DNA from: Candidatus Parcubacteria bacterium
GTDB taxonomy: Bacteria; Patescibacteriota; Minisyncoccia; Phycocordibacterales; UBA2100
Assembly (NCBI GenBank): GCA_003599295.1
Contig: QZJK01000006.1
Coordinates: 14,681 to 78,680 of the forward strand
DNA: 64,000 nucleotides
Direction of reading: 5' to 3'
The notes beneath the pieces are model-generated. The model saw only the letters and a program-made list of their open reading frames with translations, had not been told where the DNA came from and did no database searches. This document shows, piece after piece, positions 50,298-60,373 of the stretch; positions within the stretch are counted from its first letter, which is position 1; the number at the start of each line of letters is the position of its first letter. The translations under genes and the position numbers were made by a program.

Positions 50298-50566
50298 ACA
50301 ACGTCTACGACGCGGCGGGTCTTGAACCGTCCGTCAAAATTGGTCTTTCGCTTCGTGCGGAAACGAACAACGCCATTTGCCATTGCGAAGAGGGTGTAGT
50401 CTTTTCCGACCCCGATATTCCTGCCCGGGAGTATCTTCGTGCCGCGTTGGCGGACGATTATCTCACCAGGAGCGACTTTTTGGCCGTCAGCGCGCTTTAC
50501 ACCGAGGTATTTCGGATTCGAATCGCGCAGGTTTTTCGCTGTCCCGCCGGCTTTCGTTGTTGCCAT
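50294..50566 (-). CDS. rpmA: 50S ribosomal protein L27
   Basis: [25 protein letters not shown]...IIVRQRGTK; start chosen at the internal Met. Confidence 0.85.
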   Translation of the reverse strand: MATTKAGGTAKNLRDSNPKYLGVKRADGQKVAPGEIIVRQRGTKILPGRNIGVGKDYTLFAMANGVVRFRTKRKTNFDGRFKTRRVVDVV

Positions 50567-50652
50567 AAGAACCACAGAATACACGACATCTGCCGCAAAA
50601 TCAAGAGGCGGCAAACTTTCGTACTTTATACTTCATACTTTATACTACCTGT

Positions 50653-51243
50653 ATGCTAGTCGTTGACGTAGAGGCCTCAGGAACAGAGCCAAAAAAGCAC
50701 TCCATCGTGTCAGTGGGGGCGCTTGACCTCGCGAACCCCTCGAACCGGTTTTACGGAGAGTGTCGCGTCTGGGATGGCGCTCACATCATGGACGAGGCCC
50801 TTGAAGTGAACGGTTTTACAAAAGAAGAGATAACGGACCCTAAAAAACAGAGCGAGGCCGACCTCATTCATGCCTTTCTACAGTGGAGCGAGGGGCTGGA
50901 GGAGAGGACGCTTGCGGGGCAGAACGTGTCGTTCGACCGCGATTTCTTGAAAGCTGCCGCCGAACGCGCGGGGCACACCGATTGGCAATTCGCGTACAGG
51001 ACCATTGATACGCACACGCTAGCTTACATGCACATGGTGACGCACGGCACTCAGCCGCCCGTCGCGCATCGCCGTTCCGCGCTCGACTTGGACGCAGTTC
51101 TCAATTATGTCGGTATTCCCGCGGAGCCGACGCCGCACAACGCGCTTACGGGAGCGCTTTCGCACGCGGAATGCATCTCGCGTCTCCTCTACGGGCGAAA
51201 ATTACTCCCCGAATTCAAGGAGTTTGAGATCCCGCGCCGTTAG
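50653..51243 (+). CDS. DEDDh-family 3'-5' exonuclease (DnaQ/RNase T-like)
   Basis: Exo I VVDVEASG, Exo II NVSFDRDFL, Exo III HNALTGALSHAE with a His. Confidence 0.65.
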   Translation: MLVVDVEASGTEPKKHSIVSVGALDLANPSNRFYGECRVWDGAHIMDEALEVNGFTKEEITDPKKQSEADLIHAFLQWSEGLEERTLAGQNVSFDRDFLKAAAERAGHTDWQFAYRTIDTHTLAYMHMVTHGTQPPVAHRRSALDLDAVLNYVGIPAEPTPHNALTGALSHAECISRLLYGRKLLPEFKEFEIPRR

Positions 51244-51259
51244 GGCATACTGAAGATAT

Positions 51260-52003
51260 ATGGAAATCCTGATAATCCTGCTCATCGTGATAGTCATCGC
51301 CGTTATTGTTCTTCGGCAGATTAACCAGTACGAGCGGGGCGTCATGTTCCTCATGGGTAAATTCACCGGTATCAAAGAGCCCGGGTGGCGCATCGTCATA
51401 CCGATCTTCCAGCAGATGCGGAAAGTGGACATGCGCGTGAAAGCCGTTGACGTGCCGGAGCAGAAGGCCATCACCAAGGACAACATCGCGGTCGGCGTGA
51501 ACGCGGTCATCTATTACAAAGTGTCGGACGCGGCGAAGGCCGTTCTCGAAGTGGAAAACTTTATTTACGCGATGAGCCAGCTCGCACAGACGACGATGCG
51601 AAACGCGGTAGGGGAGGTGGAGCTCGACGAGCTTCTTGCGCAGAGAGACAAGATATCGGAACGTATTCGCGGGGTTGTGGATGAGGCGTCCGATCCGTGG
51701 GGCATCAAGGTCTCGAACGTCGAACTGAAAGACATCGCGCTCCCCGCCGACATGGAACGCACTATTGCGAAACAAGCGGAGGCAGAACGCGAAAAGCGCG
51801 CAGTCATCATAAAAGCAGAAGGAGAGGCCATCTCGGCCGAAAACATGGCAAAGGCCGCGAACATACTCGCATCGGCTCCCGGAGCGCTTCATTTGCGTAC
51901 GCTCCAATCCATCAATGACATTTCGTCAGACGACTCCAACACGATTGTTTTTGCAGTGCCGCTCGAAGTATTGCGCGCGCTCGACAAACTTTCCGGTAAG
52001 TAA
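51260..52003 (+). CDS. SPFH/band-7 (stomatin/HflC-like) membrane protein
   Basis: N-terminal TM helix, then SPFH core (QYERGVMFLMGKF...) and a coiled region rich in AEAERE. Confidence 0.8.
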   Translation: MEILIILLIVIVIAVIVLRQINQYERGVMFLMGKFTGIKEPGWRIVIPIFQQMRKVDMRVKAVDVPEQKAITKDNIAVGVNAVIYYKVSDAAKAVLEVENFIYAMSQLAQTTMRNAVGEVELDELLAQRDKISERIRGVVDEASDPWGIKVSNVELKDIALPADMERTIAKQAEAEREKRAVIIKAEGEAISAENMAKAANILASAPGALHLRTLQSINDISSDDSNTIVFAVPLEVLRALDKLSGK

Positions 52004-52105
52004 TCTCTTCAAAAAGACCCCCCACCAGTCGGAGGGTAGGGGACGGTGCCCTGAAGGGTTCATTTGGAGCCCTCTCCCCAAATATTTTTCAGCGAGTTGG
52101 GGGAG

Positions 52106-52129
52106 TCTGCACATTGTGCAGATTTTTTT
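52106..52129 (+). terminator. rho-independent terminator after the SPFH gene
   Basis: tctgcac-att-gtgcaga followed by ttttttt. Confidence 0.5.
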
Positions 52130-52247
52130 GCGAACAAACTAAGCACGCATATGGTAAAAGATGCGCACGACACGCAGAGAGGTAAAAGGGTGTTGACAGG
52201 GCAGTGGTCTAATGTGTTCTAGGCCTAGGATGGCCGAGATAAGGGAC

Positions 52248-52343
52248 GTCGCACAATATATCTTTTGCGACGTTTAGCTCTAGCAAAACATCGCAAAAGA
52301 TAGCGGCCATTGTGCGACTGCACCTTGCCGTCGCACAATGGCC
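52248..52343. promoter_or_regulatory. operator-like repeats: perfect 14-bp inverted repeat ggccattgtgcgac-N12-gtcgcacaatggcc plus upstream gtcgcacaat / ttgcgac copies
   Basis: Read directly at 52304-52317 and 52330-52343. Additional half-sites at 52248-52257 and 52264-52270. Ends 25 bp upstream of the 52368 gene start. Confidence 0.45.
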
Positions 52344-52367
52344 TTATACGATCCATAGGACGCTACA

Positions 52368-53033
52368 ATGTCTTATATGCAGTATTCTGATCGCATATAC
52401 GCACTTCTGACTCCCCTCGAACGTGCCTTGCTCAAAAAGCTTTCGACGCCGCAGAAAATCCAGGATTACCTCGATACCCTCCCCATTAACTTTGAGATGA
52501 CCGGAGAGACCTGTATGTCGCCTCGGGCGACCATACGGGCAAAAACAGCCCATTGTATCGAAGGGGCCTTTCTGGCGGCCGCGGCCTTGGCATACCACGG
52601 CCTGGAACCCGTTTTAATGGACTTCCAGACGCTTCCGGACGATGAAGACCACGTGGTGGCGCTCTTCCGGCAGAACGGGCGCTGGGGCGCGATATCGAAG
52701 ACCAATCACGCCATCCTTCGCTATCGCGACCCCGTCTATGCGACGCCCCGCGAGCTCGCGCTGTCATATTTCCACGAATACCTCATGTGGGACGGCCGGA
52801 AGTCGCTTGTTGCGTATTCAAAGCCGTTTGATTTACGTCGCTATCGGCCGGAGAAATGGGTCACCTCGGAAAAGAGCCTCGTATGGCTCGCGGATACCCT
52901 TGATGACGCCAAGCACTTCCCTATCGTCTCGAAAAAAAATCGGCGCCTGATCCGCAAAGCGTCGAATGTCGAATTACGCGCGATGAAAATCGTGGAATGG
53001 AAACCGCCGAAAAAATTCAAGAAGCGCGGCTGA
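52368..53033 (+). CDS. transglutaminase-like (Cys-His-Asp) superfamily protein
   Basis: KTAHCIEGAFLAAAAL (Cys) ... DHVVALF...WGAIS (His, Asp) in the spacing typical of the transglutaminase core. Confidence 0.4.
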   Translation: MSYMQYSDRIYALLTPLERALLKKLSTPQKIQDYLDTLPINFEMTGETCMSPRATIRAKTAHCIEGAFLAAAALAYHGLEPVLMDFQTLPDDEDHVVALFRQNGRWGAISKTNHAILRYRDPVYATPRELALSYFHEYLMWDGRKSLVAYSKPFDLRRYRPEKWVTSEKSLVWLADTLDDAKHFPIVSKKNRRLIRKASNVELRAMKIVEWKPPKKFKKRG

Positions 53034-53034
53034 A

Positions 53035-54372
53035 TCAGAGATAATCCATCGGGTCGAGATAGGCGTTTTGCGCGGCTGTTGGCATAACGACGCCTTGCTT
53101 CGCGCACGGCGTCGTGGCCGGCAACCCGTTCTCCCGATATACCGCGCCTATATCTCGGATCTGGACTCCTTCAGACGCAAACACGGTGAAGTGCAGGTGC
53201 GGGCCCGTTGCGTAGCCTGTAAACCCGCTGAAACCGATGACATCACCAGTTGAAACGGCGTCACCGCTGACCACGTTAATTTGCGAGAGGTGCGCATACA
53301 GGGTCGAGAGACCATTCCCGTGCTTTATTAGTATCCATTTTCCGTAAGAGTAGCAGCCGCCGCCATCGGTGTTTCCTGTCCCGAGAACGGTTCCGGAAAG
53401 CGCGGCTTTGACGGGCGTCCCGATCGACGCGCGGAAGTCGACGCCGTTGTGCGTACCAGAAGCGTAGAGGCGGCCGGAATCAGAAGTTTTTCCAAAGTAC
53501 TGCGTTAGGCAGTTCTGGTTCCTGCCCATTTGAGCGTTGCATAGGGCGTTGACGATGTTATCCAAGGGCCAGCGCAGTATTCCCCGTCCCGCCGGAGGCA
53601 CGCGCGAAGGGTCGAGCGTGAACTGCAGTTTTGATTCGAGTTCTTCCATGGCGCGCTCGAACGCGGCTTTGGCCGCCTGTTTTTCCTTGAGAAGCGCCTG
53701 ATAGTTCGATTCCTGGGATTTCGTCTGTGCGAGGAGTTCATTCTGCGCGCGCTTTGCCGCATCCAAGGAACCCTGTTCCGAAACCAGCTTTTTCTGCTGT
53801 ACGACAAGTTGCGCCTGCTTGTCCTCCGTTTCGGTCTTCGTTTCGGTCAGAGTATTTTTCTGCACGGAAAGTTCCGTGATGTCTTCACGCATTGCTTCCT
53901 GTATCTGCCTACCCTCTTCCATGTCGTCCCAAAGGGTCGAAAGCGTCGAAGAAAGCACATCAAGAACAAAGCTCCGCGTCTCCGATTCGTTGAGACGCCG
54001 TAGTGATTCCGCGAGCCCCGCCTCATTGACGCTTATGGCGCCTTCGGCGCTCGCGATGCCGCGCGAGAGATTCTGTATCTCAAGTTCGAGCGTCCCTATC
54101 CTGTTCTTTGTCACGCTTATGGAAGCCGCTATCTTTTTCCGGGAGACATCTATCTGCGCGAGCGTGTTCTGGAGCGTTTGCTTCTGCGAACCGAGAGTGT
54201 TGAGCTGCTTCTCAAATGCGGCTATCTCCTTGTTCAAAGCCTCTATCTGCGAGCTATGCGCCTCTATCTGCTGTCGTATTTCAGCCGCGGACTGTCCGAG
54301 CGCCTCCGGAGGCGCCGCGGACACGCCGACGAGAAGGAGCGCGAGCGCGATGGCGATGCGGGAGTGCGTCAT
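53035..54372 (-). CDS. M23 (LytM) peptidase with N-terminal coiled coil (EnvC-like)
   Basis: Signal peptide, long coiled coil, C-terminal HNGVDF...YAHL...GPHLHF metal-binding motifs. Confidence 0.8.
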   Translation of the reverse strand: MTHSRIAIALALLLVGVSAAPPEALGQSAAEIRQQIEAHSSQIEALNKEIAAFEKQLNTLGSQKQTLQNTLAQIDVSRKKIAASISVTKNRIGTLELEIQNLSRGIASAEGAISVNEAGLAESLRRLNESETRSFVLDVLSSTLSTLWDDMEEGRQIQEAMREDITELSVQKNTLTETKTETEDKQAQLVVQQKKLVSEQGSLDAAKRAQNELLAQTKSQESNYQALLKEKQAAKAAFERAMEELESKLQFTLDPSRVPPAGRGILRWPLDNIVNALCNAQMGRNQNCLTQYFGKTSDSGRLYASGTHNGVDFRASIGTPVKAALSGTVLGTGNTDGGGCYSYGKWILIKHGNGLSTLYAHLSQINVVSGDAVSTGDVIGFSGFTGYATGPHLHFTVFASEGVQIRDIGAVYRENGLPATTPCAKQGVVMPTAAQNAYLDPMDYL

Positions 54373-55718
54373 GCTTTGGAGGTAAGAAGACTAAGCGCGG
54401 CTTCAATCCGCTTCAGGACGGCGTCTTTGCCTATCGCCGCACCGACTAGAAAAGGGTCGGGGGAGCGCTCTTTCCCCGTGAGGGCGTAGCGCAAAGGCCA
54501 CAACACGGCAGCTCTCCCCTCGTTTGTCGCATAGTCCCACACCGAATCCTTGAGCCTCGTTTCGTTCCATTCGGCGGAAGGAATTTCGTCAAATATTTTT
54601 TGTACGTGCTGTAAGTGTTTTCGCGCGGTTCCCGCATCGTTCCCTTTGCCGGGAATGGTGGATGGTTCGGGTGCTGGAGCCGCAAAGAAAAAGTCGAATT
54701 CCCCTTCCCCGATGAGAGTTCGAAGGTCCTGCCACACACTGATCCGCTCCCGCACAAGCGGCATAATGCGCTCTCCGGCCGCCTCGTCCCACGATATGCT
54801 TCGTGCTGAAAGTTCGCTCTTCATGATAGTTATCGCCTCGTGCGCGAAAGAGCTTTCTGGCTCTTTCAATAGATACTGACGGTTGAACCAGCGGAGTTTT
54901 TCAATATCGAACACCGCCCCGCTTTTATGAAGATCTCCTATCTCAAACTCCTCTATCATCTCTCTAAGCGACAGAACTTCCCGCGCCGAAGGCGGCGTCC
55001 AGCCTAAGATGGCGATGTAATTTAAAAGCGCTTCCGGCAAAAAGCCCCGTTCACGATAGCTTTTTACAGCGACGTCGCCGGTCCGTTTGGAGAGCTTCGA
55101 CTTATCAGTCCCGAGATGGAGCGGATAATGCGCATATTCTGGGCGCGGATAGCCGAGAGCCTCTTGAATGAGTATTTGGCGCGGAGTATTTGAAATATGG
55201 TCTTCCCCGCGAATGACGTGCGTGATGCCCATCTCTCCATCATCAACGACAACCGCGAGATGGTAGAGGGGATCATCAATTGCGCGCGCAATGGTGAAAT
55301 CACCCAATTCGGCGGTGTCGAACGTGATGTCGCCGCGGATGAGGTCGGTGAAGGTTATCTTTTTTCCGGGATTCCGCAGTCGCACGACTTCCACCCGGAC
55401 GCCTGGCTCCTTCTTGCTTTCCTCTTTCGATACGTACGCTTTGTCCTCGGCTATGAGACGCGCAAGCGCTTCTTTGTGCGACTCGACGAGTTCGGTCGTT
55501 CGGTAGAATTCATCCCACGAGAGACCGAGCCATTTCAACTGCTCGATGATGTCTTCTTCGTATTCGCGCTTGCTCCGTACTTTGTCGGTATCTTCGCTCC
55601 TGAAAATGATAGTTCCGCCGTGTTTCTTCGCGAATAGATAATTGAGGATGGCCATGCGGGCAGTGCCCACATGGCAAAAACCCGTCGGGCTGGGGGGGAA
55701 CCGGACACGCACGTTCAT
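54369..55718 (-). CDS. gltX: glutamyl-tRNA synthetase
   Basis: RFPPSPTGFCHVGTAR (HIGH), KLSKR (KMSKS), 449 aa. Confidence 0.9.
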   Translation of the reverse strand: MNVRVRFPPSPTGFCHVGTARMAILNYLFAKKHGGTIIFRSEDTDKVRSKREYEEDIIEQLKWLGLSWDEFYRTTELVESHKEALARLIAEDKAYVSKEESKKEPGVRVEVVRLRNPGKKITFTDLIRGDITFDTAELGDFTIARAIDDPLYHLAVVVDDGEMGITHVIRGEDHISNTPRQILIQEALGYPRPEYAHYPLHLGTDKSKLSKRTGDVAVKSYRERGFLPEALLNYIAILGWTPPSAREVLSLREMIEEFEIGDLHKSGAVFDIEKLRWFNRQYLLKEPESSFAHEAITIMKSELSARSISWDEAAGERIMPLVRERISVWQDLRTLIGEGEFDFFFAAPAPEPSTIPGKGNDAGTARKHLQHVQKIFDEIPSAEWNETRLKDSVWDYATNEGRAAVLWPLRYALTGKERSPDPFLVGAAIGKDAVLKRIEAALSLLTSKA

Positions 55719-56857
55719 ACCTTTTCGTGTTCAAGCGCGGTTTCGAGGAGGATCTCGGCGATCTTTTTCCCGGCCGCTGGGCGCGCGAACGTCGTGGCGG
55801 CCTCGCGCATCTGGTTCCGCAATGTTTCATCGTCCATGATGCGACCTATTTCGGCGACGAGGAGGTGCGGCGAAAGATTTTTTTGTTCAAGCACGGTCGC
55901 GGCTCCCGCACGTGCATACGAAAAGGCATTCTCTGTTTGGTCATGCGATATTTCTGTCGGTATAGGCACGAGGATGGCGGGGATTTTCCACGATGCTATC
56001 TCAAAAATAGTTCCGCTTCCTGCGCGCGAAACGACGACGGAGGCAATGCCGGCCGTCATGCGGAGCGCAAGCGTATTCAAAAGCCCGAACGAACGGTAGC
56101 GCTCTTTGTAAGGCGAATCCCTAAGAACGACATGTGCCACTCCTTCGACCTCATCATGATTCGCGGTGCCTGCCTGGTGGACCACATTGTAGCGCTCGAC
56201 CAAGGCCGGAAGCGCGCTTAAGACTGCCTCATTCATCGCAACGGCTCCTTGCGAGCCGCCCATGATGAACACCGTCGGCACGTTCTTATCGAGCTTCAAG
56301 AATTCATGACCGCCTTCTTTTGCTGGGTTCTCTATTTCTCTGCGTATCGGGTGACCCGTGCGCGCTATCTTGTCGAGGTATTTTTTCGGAAAATGGGTAG
56401 CGGCATCAGGATGAGCGAGTGCTATCCAGCGCGCGAAGCGCGCGGACCAGAGCGATACGCGTCCGGGTACGGCGTCTGCATCATAGATGACGACCGGGAT
56501 GCCTAAGATGCGTGCGGCAAAAAGCGTCGGAAATGCCGCAAAGCCGCCGGTCGAGAACACGACATCCGGGAAAAGACGGAAAAGTTGGAATGTTGCACTT
56601 ATGAGCCCCCATGCCGTCTTGAAGTAGTCGAAGAAATTGAGCATGCTCGCGTACCGGCGCACCCGCCCGGCGGTTCCCGGGACGTAGTGAATGTCATGTT
56701 CTATCAAAGAAGGATTGTCGAAAGCGGGCGGGCCGATGTAGAAGAACTCTGGTTCTATGAGCGTCCGTTCGCGCGCGAGGTCTTCCAGAGCTTGTGCAAC
56801 GGCTATAAGGGGGTAAAAATGTCCCCCACTTCCCCCTCCGGCAAGCACTATTTTCAT
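55715..56857 (-). CDS. murG: UDP-GlcNAc:lipid I GlcNAc transferase
   Basis: MKIVLAGGGSGGHFYP N-terminus and a GT28 C-terminal domain. Confidence 0.9.
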   Translation of the reverse strand: MKIVLAGGGSGGHFYPLIAVAQALEDLARERTLIEPEFFYIGPPAFDNPSLIEHDIHYVPGTAGRVRRYASMLNFFDYFKTAWGLISATFQLFRLFPDVVFSTGGFAAFPTLFAARILGIPVVIYDADAVPGRVSLWSARFARWIALAHPDAATHFPKKYLDKIARTGHPIRREIENPAKEGGHEFLKLDKNVPTVFIMGGSQGAVAMNEAVLSALPALVERYNVVHQAGTANHDEVEGVAHVVLRDSPYKERYRSFGLLNTLALRMTAGIASVVVSRAGSGTIFEIASWKIPAILVPIPTEISHDQTENAFSYARAGAATVLEQKNLSPHLLVAEIGRIMDDETLRNQMREAATTFARPAAGKKIAEILLETALEHEKV

Positions 56858-56893
56858 TCAGATTATTTTACCACGAGCCTTGCCGGCCTTGGA

Positions 56894-58036
56894 TTACCTG
56901 CTATGGCTCTTGTATTTGGAGATATTCAGGAGAATTCCTGCTGCGAAGAGAGAGATAAGCATGGCGCTTCCGCCTTGGCTGATGAAGGTCAGCGGAACGC
57001 CTGTCAGGGGTGCGACGCCCAGCATGCCGGCGATATTGATGAATGCCTCGATGGTCAGGTACATTACGATGCCGACGGCTAACAGGCCTCCGAATAGATC
57101 GCTTGCCCGGGAAGCGACCGCTATGCCTCGCAGGGCGAAGCCGAGGAAAAGACCGATGATGGAAACGGCGCCGACAAAACCGAACTCCTCGCCGGCTATC
57201 GCGAAGATGGAGTCCCCCATTGGCTCCGGCAGGTACGTGAATTTTTGCACGCTTTGCCCAAAGCCTCGCCCGGCGAATCCTCCGGAACCGATAGCAATGA
57301 GCGACTGGCGGATCTGGTACCCTTCCGCCTGCGGATTTTGAGACGGGTCAAGGAACGTCGTTACTCTATCAAGCACGTACGGGCGCAGCATCGCGAGTAC
57401 GGCAATTGCCAAGAGGCCGATGCATATAGTGATGGCGATATCGCGGAATCGCGCTCCCGCAACCACGAATATTGCAAGCACCGAAAAGACGATGATGCCG
57501 AGCGTTCCGAGATCCGGCTGAAGTATGAGAAGAACCGTCGGGGCGGAGAGTATCGCAAAGAGACCGCCCAAACTATAGCGGATATCTCCCATACGAGCGC
57601 GAACCGCCGAAAAGTAGGCGGCCGCGATGAATATCGTTCCGATTTTCAGCGCTTCAGACGGCTGGAACGACATGTTCGCAATGACAAGCCAGCGCCTGCC
57701 GCCGCCATGCTCGAATCCGAGCGACGGCACAAAGACAAGAGCGGTCACAACGAGTGCGGCGATGAAAAGATACGGCGCGAAGCGTCGCCACGTACGGTAA
57801 TTGATCGTCGTTGCGACGAGAAGCGCCACGAGCCCAACGCCGACCCCGAGCGCCAGATGGTTGAACGCGACCGAAGAAACATTCGACGCACCGCGCGCGA
57901 GCGGGCCGAATATGGCAGAGGCGAAAATGATAAGTCCGCCTCCTACCAAGAGCGCGATAAGTATCGCGAGCGGTTTATCAATGCGCGCTTTTCCTCCGGC
58001 CATACCCGTCACACGAAATGACTTAATCGCAGGCAA
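56894..58036 (-). CDS. ftsW: SEDS-family lipid II flippase/polymerase FtsW/RodA
   Basis: Ten TM helices and conserved SEDS loops. Start could be 58003, which would avoid the overlap with the GIY-YIG gene. Confidence 0.85.
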   Translation of the reverse strand: MPAIKSFRVTGMAGGKARIDKPLAILIALLVGGGLIIFASAIFGPLARGASNVSSVAFNHLALGVGVGLVALLVATTINYRTWRRFAPYLFIAALVVTALVFVPSLGFEHGGGRRWLVIANMSFQPSEALKIGTIFIAAAYFSAVRARMGDIRYSLGGLFAILSAPTVLLILQPDLGTLGIIVFSVLAIFVVAGARFRDIAITICIGLLAIAVLAMLRPYVLDRVTTFLDPSQNPQAEGYQIRQSLIAIGSGGFAGRGFGQSVQKFTYLPEPMGDSIFAIAGEEFGFVGAVSIIGLFLGFALRGIAVASRASDLFGGLLAVGIVMYLTIEAFINIAGMLGVAPLTGVPLTFISQGGSAMLISLFAAGILLNISKYKSHSR

Positions 58037-58278
58037 TCTGTAAGACGACGCCTGAGCGCGGTTCGAGCACCTGCGGAACGTTTTAAACGATCCTCTCTCT
58101 TTTTTGCATCTGCCTGCGATATATATGCCTCGTAATACAAGAGGTCCAACGGTGCACGGTATTTAGTTGCTGTACTCTCGTTTTTGTTATGTTCGACGAG
58201 ACGTTTGCGAAGATCTGTTGTGTATCCTGTGTACAACCTTTGATCTTTACGGCTTTTTAGTATGTATACGTAGAACAT
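58009..58278 (-). CDS. GIY-YIG nuclease-domain protein (UPF0213-like)
   Basis: FYVYILKSRKDQRLYTGYTTDLRKRLVEHN is the GIY-YIG core. About 90 aa, start at the internal Met. Confidence 0.65.
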   Translation of the reverse strand: MFYVYILKSRKDQRLYTGYTTDLRKRLVEHNKNESTATKYRAPLDLLYYEAYISQADAKKREDRLKRSAGARTALRRRLTDCLRLSHFV

Positions 58279-58310
58279 AACAAAGTCATTTCGTGTGGAC
58301 GGGCATATCT

Positions 58311-59372
58311 TTAATTCGACGCGAGCGCGATGATGACGCCGATGAACGCGAAGACGACGGAGAATACCCAATAGCGCATGACGACCTTATACCCCGGCCA
58401 GCCGAGTGCTTCGAAATGGTGGTGGAGCGGCGCGACGCGGAGGAGTTTCTTACCGAAAAATCGCTTCGATGCCATTTGCGCGATATTTGATGCGACGGTC
58501 GCGACAAGAATGATACCGATGACAGGGAGGACCGAAATCCCGACGCCCTCGCCGAGCGAGTCGGTCATGAATGCGATGGTCGCGATGGTGAGCGTGAGCG
58601 CCATGGTTCCCGTCTCCGACATATAGAATCGCGCCGGCGGGATGTTGAACCACAAGAACGCGAGGAGGCCGCCGAGGACGGCGGCGGAAAAGGCTGCGAG
58701 GTCCACCTGATTCTGCGCAAATGCGATGATGGCGTACGAAGCAAATACCGAGCCAAATACGCCGCCGGAGAGCCCGTCTATGCCGTCTATGACGCCCGAT
58801 GCGTAGACCGCGAGCGATACCAGGATGAAGAGCGGAATGATGAGCCACCCTATCTCAAAGGGGCCGTAGAATGGGATGCCTACCGTTGTCACATCGAGCT
58901 TGTCCCAGAACCACCAGCCGATGAACAGCGAAAGTACGAACACGACAAGGAGGCGGTACGGAATGGGGACTCCTTTGCCCTTCGGACGGATGATGAGAAG
59001 GTCGTCAATGAGACCCGCGAATGCCCCGACAAGGAGCGCCGCAAGTGGTATCCACGTTTGATTACGCGAGAGGAAATCAAGTTTCAAGATAGCCGCATCT
59101 GGAATGAACCGCGCAACGAGCGCTATGCCGACGATGGTCAGGGTCGCGCTTCCCCACACGACGATGCCGCCCATCCGGGGTGCGCGCACCTCGTTCGTTT
59201 CGTGCAGGCGGTTAAATTCCGCTGCCTCGGTCCCGTCCAGCGCTGTTTTTCCCGGCTGTTTCTTCCACGCCTTGTATTTATAGAGATAGTGCGTGAGGAC
59301 GGGCGTTATCGCCATGCCAACGACGAACGAACCAATGGCGGGAACGAGTACTTTTACGATGTTTGGCAGCAT
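58311..59372 (-). CDS. mraY: phospho-N-acetylmuramoyl-pentapeptide transferase
   Basis: 10-TM topology with conserved DD and HHH (APLHHHFE) motifs. Confidence 0.9.
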   Translation of the reverse strand: MLPNIVKVLVPAIGSFVVGMAITPVLTHYLYKYKAWKKQPGKTALDGTEAAEFNRLHETNEVRAPRMGGIVVWGSATLTIVGIALVARFIPDAAILKLDFLSRNQTWIPLAALLVGAFAGLIDDLLIIRPKGKGVPIPYRLLVVFVLSLFIGWWFWDKLDVTTVGIPFYGPFEIGWLIIPLFILVSLAVYASGVIDGIDGLSGGVFGSVFASYAIIAFAQNQVDLAAFSAAVLGGLLAFLWFNIPPARFYMSETGTMALTLTIATIAFMTDSLGEGVGISVLPVIGIILVATVASNIAQMASKRFFGKKLLRVAPLHHHFEALGWPGYKVVMRYWVFSVVFAFIGVIIALASN

Positions 59373-59389
59373 GTGGATATTGTACTTCC

Positions 59390-60373
59390 CTACTCCGAGG
59401 CGATCGTGTTTCTCGCCGCTTCGACGAGCTTTTGAATGTCATTGAACCGCTCCGTCGGCGTAGAGCCGAGAACGACGGCGACGACGGGGCGCGCGATACC
59501 GACGTCGAACACGACTGCGAGATTCCCGCCCGCGAGGTCCGTGAAGCCGGTTTTACCCAGTATAAGGCCGGGTATTTCCCGTTCGAGAAGATTCGTGTTG
59601 TGCACATTCACACGCAAGCCACTCTGCGAGGTCAAGGTCACATCACCCCGCGTCGTCGCCGAAAAGGCTTCCGGATTTGTTTCTGCGGCATAGGCGAAGA
59701 GAAGCGCCATATCGCGCGCGGAACCGTACGCGCCGGCCAACGTGGTCGACACATCAAGGCCGGTCACGTTGAGAAAATGGGTGGCTGAAAGCCCGAGTTT
59801 TTCCGCAAGATCGTTCATGCGCCAAAGTGCCGGACTTTCCGACGAAGCGTCGCGGTATTTCGCCCGCAATGATTCTCCGGCCACTCCCGCAAGGATATCC
59901 GCCCCTTCGTTCGAAGAAGCGGCAAGCGTGAAATCCAATACATCCCGCACCCGCCAGCGCTCGCCCTGAAGTAGTTGGTCCGGGTATCCGACCTGGAACA
60001 TGTTCCGCGGCAGTGTGAGCATGGAATCTGGTGGCAAGACTTCCGACGCTACGAGCGCAAGCGGCACTTTCGTAAGAGACGCGAGCGGCAATTGAACGTC
60101 TGGATTTTTCGCATACAACACTTTTCGCTCCGCAATATCGACGACGATAGCGCTTTTTGCGACGAGAGAAATATCCTTAAAATGATTTTCAGCGGCGCCG
60201 GCAGCGGCGACCTGCGTCTCGCCCCCGGGGCGCGCCGCGAAATCGACGGCGAGGGTCAAGCCGATCCCGAGTATGACGGCGAGCGCGCCGAACCCGGCGA
60301 GCGTCGCACGAGGAGAGACCAACGCACTGGACATGTGCGGCACGTCTCCTGTTTCGTTATCCAAAGGTCTCAT
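59390..60373 (-). CDS. D-alanyl-D-alanine carboxypeptidase (S11, PBP5/6-like)
   Basis: SLTK (SxxK), SSN and KTGFT motifs. N-terminal anchor. Confidence 0.8.
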   Translation of the reverse strand: MRPLDNETGDVPHMSSALVSPRATLAGFGALAVILGIGLTLAVDFAARPGGETQVAAAGAAENHFKDISLVAKSAIVVDIAERKVLYAKNPDVQLPLASLTKVPLALVASEVLPPDSMLTLPRNMFQVGYPDQLLQGERWRVRDVLDFTLAASSNEGADILAGVAGESLRAKYRDASSESPALWRMNDLAEKLGLSATHFLNVTGLDVSTTLAGAYGSARDMALLFAYAAETNPEAFSATTRGDVTLTSQSGLRVNVHNTNLLEREIPGLILGKTGFTDLAGGNLAVVFDVGIARPVVAVVLGSTPTERFNDIQKLVEAARNTIASE

